Notes: a model not told the origin generated them from the sequence alone. A DNA stretch of 64,000 bases from Pelagibacteraceae bacterium (GCA_002717485.1 PBDW01000007.1:1128-65127), one strand, 5' to 3'. Counted from the stretch's first letter, positions 9,532 to 20,106 are shown. Translations and numbers: made by a program.

Positions 9532-10857
9532 ATGACTATTGCAATAGAAATAGAAAGTCTCGTAAAAAGATACAGATTAGGTGTTATAGGTCACGGCACT
9601 CTTTATAGAGATCTTCAAAGTTGGTGGGCCAATCTTAGAAATAAAGAAGATCCAAACAGCAAAATAGATTCAATAGAAAATGATCAAGAGCATATTTTGG
9701 CTTTAAAAAATATTAATCTAAAAATAAACGAAGGAGAAATAATCGGTATAATTGGAGCAAATGGTGCTGGAAAATCAACATTATTAAAGATTTTATCTCG
9801 TGTAACCACTCCTTCTTCCGGCTTAATAAAGATAAAGGGAAGAATGGCAAGTTTGTTAGAGGTTGGTACGGGATTTCATCCTGAACTTACTGGTAGAGAA
9901 AACATATATCTCAATGCTGCAATTAACGGGATGAACAGAAAGCAAGTTTCTAAAAAACTCGATGAAATTGTAGACTTTGCTGGTGTAAAGAAATTTCTTG
10001 ATACTCCGGTAAAAAGATACTCTTCTGGTATGTATGTAAGACTTGCATTTGCAGTAGCTGCCCATTTGGAACCTGATATCCTAGTTGTTGATGAAGTTCT
10101 GGCTGTTGGCGATGCAGAATTTCAGAAAAAAGCTCTAAATAAAATGAAATCAGTAAGTCAACAAAAAGACCGCACAGTTTTATTTGTAAGCCACAACATG
10201 GAAAGTATTAGGAGCTTATGCAATAGAGCAATATTAATAGACAAGGGAAAGATAATATCAGATGGTAAGCCGGAACAAGTTATAGAGACATATATAGCTA
10301 ATAACTTAAAAAACACTAAATTACATCATATATGGAAAGATAAAAACACATCACCTGGTAATGATATTGTTAGGCTTCAATCAGTTAGAGTTTTCCAGTC
10401 TGAAGCTAGTAAAGAATTATTGAATATAGATGTTTCAAAGGAAATAAATATTGAGATCTATTATTGGATGTTAAAAGATGGGCAAAGAATTCTTCCAAGA
10501 ATATGGGTAAACAATAGTTTTGACATAGCAGTTTTTGAATCCTGCAATGTTTCTCCTATGTCAAAAAATGATGACCCGTTATTTGCCAAACATCTTGAAT
10601 CTGGTTTGTATAGGACAAAATGTACAATACCTAAATATATATTAAATACTGGAAACTACCTGGTTTCAATAATTATTTCAAAATATCCTTTTGAAAGAGG
10701 AGGGGGATATCTTGTATTTGAAAAGAATCTTATTTCACTCAATTGCATTGACAATAGTGATCTTAGTAATTTTGGTTATTATGATCGTTTAAGAGGAAAT
10801 ATCAGACCACAATTACTATGGGAAACAAGTAAACAAAAAATACAATCTGATTTATGA
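9532..10857 (+). CDS. wzt: ABC polysaccharide exporter ATPase with C-terminal Wzt_C domain
   Basis: GANGAGKST, GFHPELTGREN, YSSGM, VDEVLAVGD, and a ~180 aa C-terminal extension. Confidence 0.93.
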   Translation: MTIAIEIESLVKRYRLGVIGHGTLYRDLQSWWANLRNKEDPNSKIDSIENDQEHILALKNINLKINEGEIIGIIGANGAGKSTLLKILSRVTTPSSGLIKIKGRMASLLEVGTGFHPELTGRENIYLNAAINGMNRKQVSKKLDEIVDFAGVKKFLDTPVKRYSSGMYVRLAFAVAAHLEPDILVVDEVLAVGDAEFQKKALNKMKSVSQQKDRTVLFVSHNMESIRSLCNRAILIDKGKIISDGKPEQVIETYIANNLKNTKLHHIWKDKNTSPGNDIVRLQSVRVFQSEASKELLNIDVSKEINIEIYYWMLKDGQRILPRIWVNNSFDIAVFESCNVSPMSKNDDPLFAKHLESGLYRTKCTIPKYILNTGNYLVSIIISKYPFERGGGYLVFEKNLISLNCIDNSDLSNFGYYDRLRGNIRPQLLWETSKQKIQSDL

Positions 10858-11864
10858 AAAATAAAATTTCAATAGATAAATTTAATTATAAATTTATTAT
10901 ATCAAAGACTCCATACAGAATCTCACTTGGAGGAGGAGGCACTGATTTGCCTTTTTACTCTGATTTAAGAGGAGGCGAGCTTATTACGGGTGCTATTAAT
11001 CAATATTGTTTAGTATTACTAGCAAAAAGGCCCTTGGATAAAAAAATTATGGTTCAAACCACAGAAACACAAATTACAGATAGTTTAAACGAAGTAGAAA
11101 ATTTTATTGTTAGGGAGACTTTAAGGTATTTTAGAATAAATAACTCTATTCATGTTTCATCATTCACAACTATACCGACTGGAATAGGATTGGGCACATC
11201 CAGCACCTTTATTGTAGGAATTATTAAATGCATTTCTGATCTAATAAATAAGAAATATGATAAAATGAAAATAGCTAAACTAGCACACATAATAGAAAGA
11301 AAGATTCTTCAAATAGATGGAGGCATTCAGGATCAATACATATCTTCACTAGGCGGAATTCAGTTATTGAAAGTAAGTAAAAAAGGGACAGTAACCGCAA
11401 AAGAAATAAGGATTAAAAAAAATATTCTTAAAGATCTTCAAAGACATCTAGTATTAGTATATTCGGGTCAACGGAGAGAATCTAAGACAATTATAAAAGC
11501 CCAGAAGCATAATTTAAATTCTAATATAAAAATATATGATCAGATAAAAGAAATAGGAAAGAATTCAAAAAAACTGCTTATCAATGGCGATATAGATGGC
11601 TTAGGAAAGCTTATGGATGATCACTGGAAATTAAAGTTAAAATTAGCCAATGAGATTTCTGACAGAAATTTGAATAATACATATGGACAATTAAAAAAAT
11701 TAGGATCGCCAGGAGGAAAAATTATTGGAGCGGGCGGCGGCGGCTTTTTTATGATGGCAGTTCCTCACAATGTTGAAAAGTACATTTCAAATGTAAAAAA
11801 ATTAGGATTTAGATATATGTTATGGAAATTTGATTTTGATGGAAGTTCTATTATAAAACACTAA
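10854..11864 (+). CDS. hddA: GHMP sugar kinase, D-glycero-alpha-D-manno-heptose-7-phosphate kinase-like
   Basis: PYRISLGGGGTD, PTGIGLGTSS, GGIQDQY, GGKIIGAGGGGF. Confidence 0.85.
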   Translation: MKNKISIDKFNYKFIISKTPYRISLGGGGTDLPFYSDLRGGELITGAINQYCLVLLAKRPLDKKIMVQTTETQITDSLNEVENFIVRETLRYFRINNSIHVSSFTTIPTGIGLGTSSTFIVGIIKCISDLINKKYDKMKIAKLAHIIERKILQIDGGIQDQYISSLGGIQLLKVSKKGTVTAKEIRIKKNILKDLQRHLVLVYSGQRRESKTIIKAQKHNLNSNIKIYDQIKEIGKNSKKLLINGDIDGLGKLMDDHWKLKLKLANEISDRNLNNTYGQLKKLGSPGGKIIGAGGGGFFMMAVPHNVEKYISNVKKLGFRYMLWKFDFDGSSIIKH

Positions 11865-11901
11865 CATTTCTTAGGATTGATTAAATAATTAAAACAATTA
11901 A

Positions 11902-13017
11902 ATGAATAATATGAAAGTTCCTTGGTTTGAATTATATATAGATGAAAAAGAAACTCAGGCAGTTTTAAATACTGTTAAATCTGGTTGGCTTGGGATCGGT
12001 CCACAGGTAAAAGATTTTGAAAATAAAATTGCTGAATATATTGGTGTTAAATATGCAGTAGCCACTAGCTCTGGAACTGCAGCGTTAGATATTGCTTTGA
12101 AAATACTTGATATCAAGCCAGGTGACGAAGTTATTGTCCCTGGATTACCTTACATTGCAACAGTAAATTGTGTTTTGTTTCAAGGCGCTACTCCAGTTTT
12201 CGCAGATATTGATCCAATTCATTTTGGAGTAGATCCAGACTCGGTGGAAGAATTGATTACAAAAAAAACTAAATGCGTTATTCCCATTAGTTATGGTGGT
12301 CATAGTGTTGATTGGGATAAATTAAAGGATGTCACTAATAAAAAAAATATAAAAATTGTGGAAGATGGAGCTGCCTCATTTGGTGCAGAATATAAAAATA
12401 AAAAATTATGCTCTTTTGGAGATTTGTCTATAACAAGTTTCCACGTAGCTAAAACCTTCACAACTGTTGAAGGTGGTATGCTTTTTACTAATAATGAAGA
12501 ATATGCAAAAAAAGCTAGAATGATTAGGTCTCACGGTGAAGATAAGGAAAAAAAATATTGGCATCCGTATTTAGGTCATAATTATAGGATGACTGACTTA
12601 AATGCCTCAATTGGTCTCGTACAATTTTCAAGAATAAATGACTTATTATCAAAAAGAAGAGAACTTGCTGCTTATTATTCAAAAAAACTTCAGAATATAA
12701 GAGGCATACAAGTACCTACAGAAAATATAAACACAAAACATTCATGGTTTATTTATCCAATATTAGTTGAAAATAGGGATAAATTTAAAAACTTATTAGA
12801 AAAAAAAGGTGTTGGCACAAATGTTTCATGGCCATACCCCGGTTATCAACAGCCGCATTTAAAAAAATTTAAAAAGAAAGACCTTCACGTTACCGAGAAA
12901 GTGGCCTCTTCCATAATTGGCCTTCCTATGTTTTATAAATTAAAGGTACATATGCAAGACTACGTGATTGAAAAAATTCAAGAGGCACTAGAGGAGCTTG
13001 GCACAAATACTAAATAA
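11902..13017 (+). CDS. DegT/DnrJ/EryC1/StrS sugar aminotransferase
   Basis: SSGTAAL, GDEVIVP, EDGA, SFHVAK, EGG, GHNYRM. Confidence 0.92.
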   Translation: MNNMKVPWFELYIDEKETQAVLNTVKSGWLGIGPQVKDFENKIAEYIGVKYAVATSSGTAALDIALKILDIKPGDEVIVPGLPYIATVNCVLFQGATPVFADIDPIHFGVDPDSVEELITKKTKCVIPISYGGHSVDWDKLKDVTNKKNIKIVEDGAASFGAEYKNKKLCSFGDLSITSFHVAKTFTTVEGGMLFTNNEEYAKKARMIRSHGEDKEKKYWHPYLGHNYRMTDLNASIGLVQFSRINDLLSKRRELAAYYSKKLQNIRGIQVPTENINTKHSWFIYPILVENRDKFKNLLEKKGVGTNVSWPYPGYQQPHLKKFKKKDLHVTEKVASSIIGLPMFYKLKVHMQDYVIEKIQEALEELGTNTK

Positions 13018-13974
13018 ATGAATAAAATCTTAATAACTGGCATTGACGGTTTTGTTGGAAATTATTTTGCTAAATTTTTATTAAAATCTAATAAGGACAA
13101 AATATTTGGAACCGGGCTATCATTTGTCAATTCAGCTGCATATAAAGATTTGTCAAGATTAACTACAACGGGTACAGTTGATCTAACAAATAAACAAGAT
13201 ACATATGATTTTTTAAAATCTTGTAAGCCTGACTTAATTATTCATTTGGCTGCCCAATCTTCAATTCCTATTTCTTGGGAAAATCCATTTAGAACGATTA
13301 ATATAAATATGATGAGCACTTACAATTTACTTGAAAGTATTTGTGAATTAAATCTGATGCCAAAAAAGGTACTTGTAATTAGTGCTGCAGCAGCTTACGG
13401 ACATGTAAAAAAAAATGGAGAATTAATTACTGAAAAAGATGAATTTTCGCCAGACAACCCATATGCTGTAAGCAAAGTTGGTAGTGAAATGATCGCAAAT
13501 CAATTTATGGTTAAGCATAAATTAAATATAAATATAGCAAGACCATTTACACACATTGGACCAGGGCAGTCTGATAAATTTGTTTGTTCAGAATTCGCAA
13601 AGACAATATCTTTAATTGAAAAAGGGTCTATAAAAAATAATTTAAGTGTAGGAAATTTAGAAATACGAAGAGATTTCCTCGATGTTCGAGATGTTGTATT
13701 TGCTTATGATTTAATAATTAATAAATCTAAGCCTGGTGAAATTTTCAATGTATGTTCTGGTAGAGGAACTTCGATTAAGAGTATTCTAGATAGTTTATTA
13801 GGACAATCAAATAAAAATATCAATATTGAAATTGATAGAAGTAAATTTAGAGAGAATGAAGCAAAATGTATTGTTGGAGACAATTCCAAAATTGTTAATA
13901 TGTTAAAATGGAATCCAAGATTTAATATTAATCAATCTCTTTTGGATATTTTAAATTATTGGAGAGAAAACTAA
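13018..13974 (+). CDS. Rmd/Gmd-like NDP-sugar reductase/epimerase (extended SDR)
   Basis: GIDGFVG, HLAAQS, PYAVSK, RPFTHIGPGQ, VGNLEIRRDFLDVRDVV. Confidence 0.82.
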   Translation: MNKILITGIDGFVGNYFAKFLLKSNKDKIFGTGLSFVNSAAYKDLSRLTTTGTVDLTNKQDTYDFLKSCKPDLIIHLAAQSSIPISWENPFRTININMMSTYNLLESICELNLMPKKVLVISAAAAYGHVKKNGELITEKDEFSPDNPYAVSKVGSEMIANQFMVKHKLNINIARPFTHIGPGQSDKFVCSEFAKTISLIEKGSIKNNLSVGNLEIRRDFLDVRDVVFAYDLIINKSKPGEIFNVCSGRGTSIKSILDSLLGQSNKNINIEIDRSKFRENEAKCIVGDNSKIVNMLKWNPRFNINQSLLDILNYWREN

Positions 13975-13995
13975 CATAAGTAATCGATAATTTTT

Positions 13996-14859
13996 ATGAA
14001 TTATAATAACAAATATATTTCAACTACCGTGTTTCCTGACAATACCCCCATACTTTTTTCTTTAAAAAAGCTTAAGGAATTAGGATTTAATAAAATTGAA
14101 TTAGGCTCAACACATCCTTATGAAGATAATATTTTGGAAAAATTAAAAAAAACCGATTTTGATTTTCTTGTTCATAACTTTTTTCCGACTCCAAAAGATA
14201 GTAGTCAAATCATAAATATAAGTTCTAGTGATAAAAAAATCAGAACTAATTCTATAAAACATATAATAGATAGAATAAATTTTTCAAAAAATATTGATTC
14301 TAAATTATATACTTTTCATGCCGGTTATTTATCCCATCCTTTGTCAAAAAATGCTAATAATAAAAATTGGGATTTTGTATACAATTCTTCTAAAAATTCT
14401 AAGATTTCATATGAAGAAGCCTTTAATAACATGATTGATTCTGTTAAAAAATTCATAACAGTATCAGAAAGACTTAAGCAGCCAATAGCATTGGAATCTT
14501 GCGGAAGTTATAATAATAAAGATATGCTCTTAATGCAAAAATTGCCTGAGTTTGAAAGGTTGTTTAAAGAAATTGATAGCAAGTACTTGGGTTTAAATAT
14601 CAATTTGGGCCATCTCAATCTTGCCTCTCACGCATTTAATTTTAATAAGTTTGAATTTATAGAGGGAATAAAGGATAAAATCTTCGCTTTTGAGATTAGT
14701 CATAACAATAAATTAGAAGATGAACATAAACTACTAGAGCAGGACGAGTGGTATTTTAAAATTATTAAGGATAATAAATTCAGAGATATACCTATGATTT
14801 TTGAAGGAAGAAATACCCCACTTGTTAATATTAAAACCTTATGGGAATTTCAACAATGA
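13996..14859 (+). CDS. Xylose isomerase-like / AP endonuclease 2 TIM-barrel protein
   Basis: IELG, VHNFFP, YTFHAG, ALE, NLGHL, EISHN..DEH, FE. Confidence 0.72.
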   Translation: MNYNNKYISTTVFPDNTPILFSLKKLKELGFNKIELGSTHPYEDNILEKLKKTDFDFLVHNFFPTPKDSSQIINISSSDKKIRTNSIKHIIDRINFSKNIDSKLYTFHAGYLSHPLSKNANNKNWDFVYNSSKNSKISYEEAFNNMIDSVKKFITVSERLKQPIALESCGSYNNKDMLLMQKLPEFERLFKEIDSKYLGLNINLGHLNLASHAFNFNKFEFIEGIKDKIFAFEISHNNKLEDEHKLLEQDEWYFKIIKDNKFRDIPMIFEGRNTPLVNIKTLWEFQQ

Positions 14860-15641
14860 TTAAAAAAATATCAAGAAAACGAAATATTGAAAAAAATATT
14901 TTTTCATTAAAAAATAAAGTTGCTATTGTTACTGGTGCTAGCAGAGGGTTAGGTAAAGCCATAGCGCTTGGATTTCTGGATTCTGGAGCAAAAGTAGTTT
15001 TGGCTTCAAGAGATATAGAAAAAAATAAAAAATATTATGGAAAAAACTCATTATTAATTAATACAGATGTAACTAAGAATGAAGATTTAATGAATCTTAT
15101 TAATCAGACAATGTCTAAGTTTAAAAAGATTGATATTCTTGTAAATTGTGCAGGATTTACAAAAGGTAAAATCAGTCAAAATTATTCTGAAACAGATTGG
15201 AAGCAAACTATGGATACAAATTTAAATTCTATTTTTCAATTATGTAAGATTGTCGGCACAAAAATGATTAAGTTAAAAAATGGTGGATCAATTATCAATA
15301 TTACAAGTATAGCGTCGGTTTTGGCTTCTCCTAAAAATCCAGCATATAATGCATCAAAAGGTGGATTAAGCTTGTTGACAAAAGCATTAGCAGCCGACTG
15401 GGCTAAGCATAATATTAGAGTAAATAATCTAGGACCAGGTTATTTTAATACTGAATTAAATAAAAATAGTTGGAATAATCAAAGAAAAAGAAAGATACGA
15501 TCTAATCGGACTTTGATGAAAAGATGGGGAGAGCCAAATGAAATTATCGGTCCAGCAATATTCTTAGCGTCAAATGCTTCAAGTTATGTAACTGGACAGG
15601 ATATATATGTTGATGGCGGCTTTTTAATTAAATCATTATGA
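14856..15641 (+). CDS. Classical SDR (gluconate 5-dehydrogenase/KduD-like)
   Basis: TGASRGLG, NCAG, YNASK, NNLGPG, VDGG. Start placed at the ATGA overlap at 14856. Confidence 0.88.
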   Translation: MIKKISRKRNIEKNIFSLKNKVAIVTGASRGLGKAIALGFLDSGAKVVLASRDIEKNKKYYGKNSLLINTDVTKNEDLMNLINQTMSKFKKIDILVNCAGFTKGKISQNYSETDWKQTMDTNLNSIFQLCKIVGTKMIKLKNGGSIINITSIASVLASPKNPAYNASKGGLSLLTKALAADWAKHNIRVNNLGPGYFNTELNKNSWNNQRKRKIRSNRTLMKRWGEPNEIIGPAIFLASNASSYVTGQDIYVDGGFLIKSL

Positions 15642-16462
15642 ATAAGCAGTTTGAAATTAATAATAAGGTAGTAATAATCACGGGTGGCGCTGGTATGCTG
15701 GGTACAAGATACGCCAATCTTGTTTGTGATCTTGGCGGGATACCAATAATTATTGATATCGATAAAGATAAAATTAACAAAGTTGTAAAAAAATTGAAGA
15801 AAAAAAATATAAATTCTTTTGGATACTCAGCAAATATTCAAAATGAATCAGAAATTATTAAAATAAAGAAGTTAATTATAAAAAAATACAAAAGAATAGA
15901 TATATTAATCAATAATGCTGCTTTAACAGCAAAAGGAATGTCAAATAAGGGTTCAGATTTTTTTAAGGCTCTAGAAGAGTATCCATTAGATCTTTGGGAA
16001 AAATTAATTGATGTAAATCTTACCGGTCATTTTATTTGCTCAAAAATTTTTGGAAAAAATATGATTAAAAATAGAAGTGGTATAATTGTTAATGTTTCCT
16101 CTGAAATCGGACTTATAAGTCCAGATAAAAGAATATATAAAGGAATAAAGAATCCTTATTCTAAAGGACCCTTAAACAATCCGCCACCATATTCAGCGAC
16201 AAAGGCAGGGCTAATTCAAATGTCAAATTATCTTTCTATTAAGTGGGCAAAGTATAATGTTAGAGTAAATTCATTTTGTCCAGGCGGTGTTTTTGATAAT
16301 CACGATAAAAAATTTGTAAAAAGATATTCTAATTTAGTTCCAATGGGAAGAATGGCTTTTAAGGATGAGTATTTAGGTCCTATTGCCTTTTTAATTTCCA
16401 ATGCATCATATGCAATCAACGGCAAAACCCTTGTCGTTGATGGCGGAAAAACATCTTGGTAA
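15638..16462 (+). CDS. SDR oxidoreductase, PtmA-like
   Basis: TGGAGMLG, NNAA, SS.IG...PD.RIY, YSATK, PGGV. Confidence 0.85.
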   Translation: MNKQFEINNKVVIITGGAGMLGTRYANLVCDLGGIPIIIDIDKDKINKVVKKLKKKNINSFGYSANIQNESEIIKIKKLIIKKYKRIDILINNAALTAKGMSNKGSDFFKALEEYPLDLWEKLIDVNLTGHFICSKIFGKNMIKNRSGIIVNVSSEIGLISPDKRIYKGIKNPYSKGPLNNPPPYSATKAGLIQMSNYLSIKWAKYNVRVNSFCPGGVFDNHDKKFVKRYSNLVPMGRMAFKDEYLGPIAFLISNASYAINGKTLVVDGGKTSW

Positions 16463-16468
16463 ATAATT

Positions 16469-17182
16469 ATGAATGAATTATCAAAAAAATTAGATCTAAA
16501 AAATAAAGTAATTGTAATATTGAGCAATGAGATCAATCCATCAAAAGTTTACGCAAATGAAATTATTAAATCAAAAGGTTTTCCAGTAATAATTTATATA
16601 AAGAATAATGATAAATTAAAAGTAATAAAGACTATAAAAAATAAAAATTATGAAATACTTTGCATTAGTGAAGCAAATAAAAATAATTTAAAAAATATAA
16701 AAGATAAAATCATAAGAAAACACTCTAAAATTGATGCTCTGATAAATAGAATTTCTATCGTACCAGGACATAAAATAACAAAAAAAATGAAAATAAATGG
16801 CTTTCTCAATGAGCCGGAAAATTACCCAATAGAAATTTGGGAAAAAAATATAAAATTTATTTTAAATAACATTTTTTTGTCCTGCCAGATATTTGGAAAA
16901 ATAATGATTTTAAGAAATAAGGGAGTAATATTAAATATATTATCTTCTTCAAATATTAACAAAATTCATAATAAAAAAGAAATTACATACACACCCCCAA
17001 TTCAGCATTTTGTAGCTCAATCTAGTATAGTTAATTTTACACGTTACATCGCCACACATTGGTCTGAATTTAATATTCGAGCTAACTGCTTATTTGAAAA
17101 TAAAAAAAATTCAACTGGTGCGATAATATTTATGATCTCTGAAGCCTCTTCCTATATGACAGGATCGACTCTTGGACAGTAA
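16469..17182 (+). CDS. Degenerate SDR paralog (probable pseudo-enzyme)
   Basis: Collinear with the upstream SDR but lacks GxxxGxG and YxxxK. Confidence 0.65.
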   Translation: MNELSKKLDLKNKVIVILSNEINPSKVYANEIIKSKGFPVIIYIKNNDKLKVIKTIKNKNYEILCISEANKNNLKNIKDKIIRKHSKIDALINRISIVPGHKITKKMKINGFLNEPENYPIEIWEKNIKFILNNIFLSCQIFGKIMILRNKGVILNILSSSNINKIHNKKEITYTPPIQHFVAQSSIVNFTRYIATHWSEFNIRANCLFENKKNSTGAIIFMISEASSYMTGSTLGQ

Positions 17183-17220
17183 AGTTATTATAAAATACTA
17201 TTTGCATTAAAAATAATTAA

Positions 17221-18087
17221 ATGAATAAAAATAAAATTGGTATAGTTCAGGGAAGATTGTCTCCAACAATAAATAATAAAATTCAAGCTTTCCCTTTTCA
17301 TACTTGGCAAGATGAATTTACAATTGCAAAAAAAATTGGTTTTTATGGAATAGAATGGGTTATGGATTCAATAGATTGGGAGTTGAACCCAATATTGTCT
17401 GATGAAGGATGTAAAGAAGTTATTAATCTATCTAAAGAGACTGGCATTGAGATTATATCACTTGATCCGCTTTATTTAACTGAAAGAGGCTTGTTATCGA
17501 ATTCTTATTCAATAATTAAAGAGAGGTTGTCAGTTATGAAAAAACTTATCCCGAATTGCAATAGGGTGGGTATGAAATACATACTAATGCCAGTATTTAT
17601 TGGACCAAATCTTGAATTAGTTAAGAGACTCAAATCAAAAGAAAATAGAAAATACGTAATATCTTTTTTAAAAGAAACCATAAAAATAGCTGAAGATAAT
17701 AATTTAAAAATTGCTTTAGAAACTGCACTAAACGCTGATGAAATCTTAAATCTCATTGATGAGATGAATACTAAATCAATTTTGGTGTGTCTTGATACGG
17801 GAAATAGTTCATATTTCGACCATAATATATTATCAGATATAAAAAAATTGTCTTCATATATAGTTGAGGTGCACATAAAAGATCATAGTAAAAAAAATTC
17901 TTTGGGCGAGTACACTACTAAATACAACTCCGTTAACTTAGGTAGTGGAGATGTTGACTTTCCATCAATATTCAAGGAGTTAGAAAATTCAGAATATAAA
18001 GGACCATTCATTCTTCAGATGGCCAGAGGGAAGAATCACTTAAAAGTTGTAGAATCTGCATTAGATTATACAAAAAAATTTTTATAA
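17221..18087 (+). CDS. Sugar-phosphate isomerase/epimerase (UlaE-like TIM barrel)
   Basis: IGIVQGRLSP, IEW, ALET, DTGN, VHIKD, LGSGDVDF. Confidence 0.82.
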   Translation: MNKNKIGIVQGRLSPTINNKIQAFPFHTWQDEFTIAKKIGFYGIEWVMDSIDWELNPILSDEGCKEVINLSKETGIEIISLDPLYLTERGLLSNSYSIIKERLSVMKKLIPNCNRVGMKYILMPVFIGPNLELVKRLKSKENRKYVISFLKETIKIAEDNNLKIALETALNADEILNLIDEMNTKSILVCLDTGNSSYFDHNILSDIKKLSSYIVEVHIKDHSKKNSLGEYTTKYNSVNLGSGDVDFPSIFKELENSEYKGPFILQMARGKNHLKVVESALDYTKKFL

Positions 18088-18100
18088 TATTTTTTAAATT

Positions 18101-19387
18101 ATGAAATCAAAAAAAACAATTAAAAATCTAATTAAGCCTATTTTTAATCCTAATGGTAAATTTAATGGAAAAGAACTTGAATATGTTATGGAGTATCTTA
18201 ACACTGAAAATTCTAAAACTAATAATAAAACTTGGTCTGAAAAACTTGAGAAGGCATTTTGTAAAAAATTTAATATGAAATATGCCATAGGTCATAATTC
18301 AGGAACTTCGACATTACATAGTTGTCTTTATGCTGCCGATGTAGGCGCAGGTGATGAGGTAATTATGCCTACCTATACAGTTATATGCTTAGCTTTTGCG
18401 GCCCTTCATCAGAATGCAGTTCCTGTATTTGTCGATTCAGATCTTGATAATTTTAATATGGATCCAGATTTAATTGAGGAAAAGATTACAAAAAAAACAA
18501 AGGCAATAATAGTTGTTCATATGCATGGAGTACCTGCAAAAATGAATGAAATAATGAAAATTGCAAAAAAATATAAATTAATAGTCATTGAAGATTGTGC
18601 CCAGAGTTTATTATCAAAATATAAAGGAAGATTAACCGGTACTATTGGACATATGTCTAGCTTTAGTTTTGAAACAAAAAAACAAATTACTTCTGGTCAA
18701 GGAGGAATAGTTCTGACAAGCAATAAAATATTTGCTGAAAGGATAAGAAAACATGCAGGACTTGGATATAAAATTTTAAAAGCCGAAGCCGGAGTTGGAT
18801 CATTATTGCCTAGGCAATTTCAAAACCCTGATTTTAAAAGACATGATAGCCTTGGTTATAATTATAGAATACCCGAAATATGTGCTGCCTTAGCATTGGC
18901 TCAATTTGAGAGATCAAAAAAATTAACAGATAGAAGAAATATAATTGCATCAATGTATTTAGACGCCTTAAGGGCATGTGACTGGATCGTTCCTCAAAAA
19001 TCTCCTACAAACTGTTATAACTCTCATTGGTCTTTTGCGGTTAAATACTATGGAAAAGAAAAGTATAATTTTTCCTGGCGTAAATTTTATGATCTTTTTA
19101 ATAAAAATGGAGGAGATAGTTTTTTTGGAGCAGTAAGCCTTCAGCATCTAGAAGATGTTATGTTAAAGAAACCTTTTCTAGGCAAATATATTCCTAAAAA
19201 TAATATTTATAAAAATAAGTTTAATTATGGTATCGGAACTTGCCCAGTTGCAGAGAGCATACAGCCATTAATAATGGTTTTTAAGTGTGGTTATAGAGAT
19301 ATGAGGATTGCAAGAAAATCATTAAATGCCCTAAAGAAAACAATAAATCAAATTGAAAAACAGTGTAAAAAAAATAATGACCATTGA
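18101..19387 (+). CDS. DegT/DnrJ/EryC1/StrS sugar aminotransferase
   Basis: NSGTSTLH, GDEVI, IEDCAQ, SFETKK, GYNYR. Confidence 0.9.
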   Translation: MKSKKTIKNLIKPIFNPNGKFNGKELEYVMEYLNTENSKTNNKTWSEKLEKAFCKKFNMKYAIGHNSGTSTLHSCLYAADVGAGDEVIMPTYTVICLAFAALHQNAVPVFVDSDLDNFNMDPDLIEEKITKKTKAIIVVHMHGVPAKMNEIMKIAKKYKLIVIEDCAQSLLSKYKGRLTGTIGHMSSFSFETKKQITSGQGGIVLTSNKIFAERIRKHAGLGYKILKAEAGVGSLLPRQFQNPDFKRHDSLGYNYRIPEICAALALAQFERSKKLTDRRNIIASMYLDALRACDWIVPQKSPTNCYNSHWSFAVKYYGKEKYNFSWRKFYDLFNKNGGDSFFGAVSLQHLEDVMLKKPFLGKYIPKNNIYKNKFNYGIGTCPVAESIQPLIMVFKCGYRDMRIARKSLNALKKTINQIEKQCKKNNDH

Positions 19388-20105
19388 TAGTCTAATAACA
19401 GTAAGATCAACTTCAGGTAGATTATTTGAAAAATGTTTCTTACCTTTTGGCGAATGTAACGTGATAGAGCATGTAATTAGAAGGGCAAAATATTTCTCTT
19501 TTAAACCCCTTTTATGTACTACATTAGACCAGGAAGATGACAGATTAGTTAGAATTGCTGAAAACGAAAAAATACCATTTTATAGAGGTAGCACTGTAGA
19601 TAAACTAATGAGATGGAAAAATGCTTGTGAAAAATTTGAAATTAATAAATTCCTAACCATTGATGGCGATGATCCTTTCTTTGATAAAAGTTTAGGAAAA
19701 TTAAGTCTCAGTCTTTTGGGAGATAATAATTTCATATCTCACCCTAACAAATTACCATATGAGGGTTGTGTTGGATATTCAATTTCATACGATCTAATAA
19801 AAAAAGCATGCGAACTAAAAAAAAGTAAAGATACCGAAATGATGTGGCATTTTTTAGAGCCTGTGCCATCATTAAGAAAAAAAGAATTAGAGGTTAACAA
19901 TTATGACCTAAATATTAGATTAACTTTAGATTACATAGAAGATTATTGGTTAATATTATTTGTTTTAAGGAATCTTGGACCTTTTGCAGAAATAGATAAA
20001 ATAATTAATTTATTTAAAAATAATCCGGATTTACATAAAATGAATTGGTTTAGAAATATTGAATATAAACAAAATCATAATCTTAAGGTAAATAATCAAT
20101 ATTAA
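19377..20105 (+). CDS. SpsF-type cytidylyltransferase
   Basis: ITVRSTSGRL.EK, CTT, YRGS..D...R, IDGDDPF, RLTLDY.ED. The ATG at 19377 is preferred over the TTG at 19353. Confidence 0.85.
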   Translation: MTIDSLITVRSTSGRLFEKCFLPFGECNVIEHVIRRAKYFSFKPLLCTTLDQEDDRLVRIAENEKIPFYRGSTVDKLMRWKNACEKFEINKFLTIDGDDPFFDKSLGKLSLSLLGDNNFISHPNKLPYEGCVGYSISYDLIKKACELKKSKDTEMMWHFLEPVPSLRKKELEVNNYDLNIRLTLDYIEDYWLILFVLRNLGPFAEIDKIINLFKNNPDLHKMNWFRNIEYKQNHNLKVNNQY

Positions 20106-20106
20106 T

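Noticed and set aside
11733-11744. (GGC)4 repeat
   Set aside because: It encodes the conserved GAGGGG loop of GHMP kinases.
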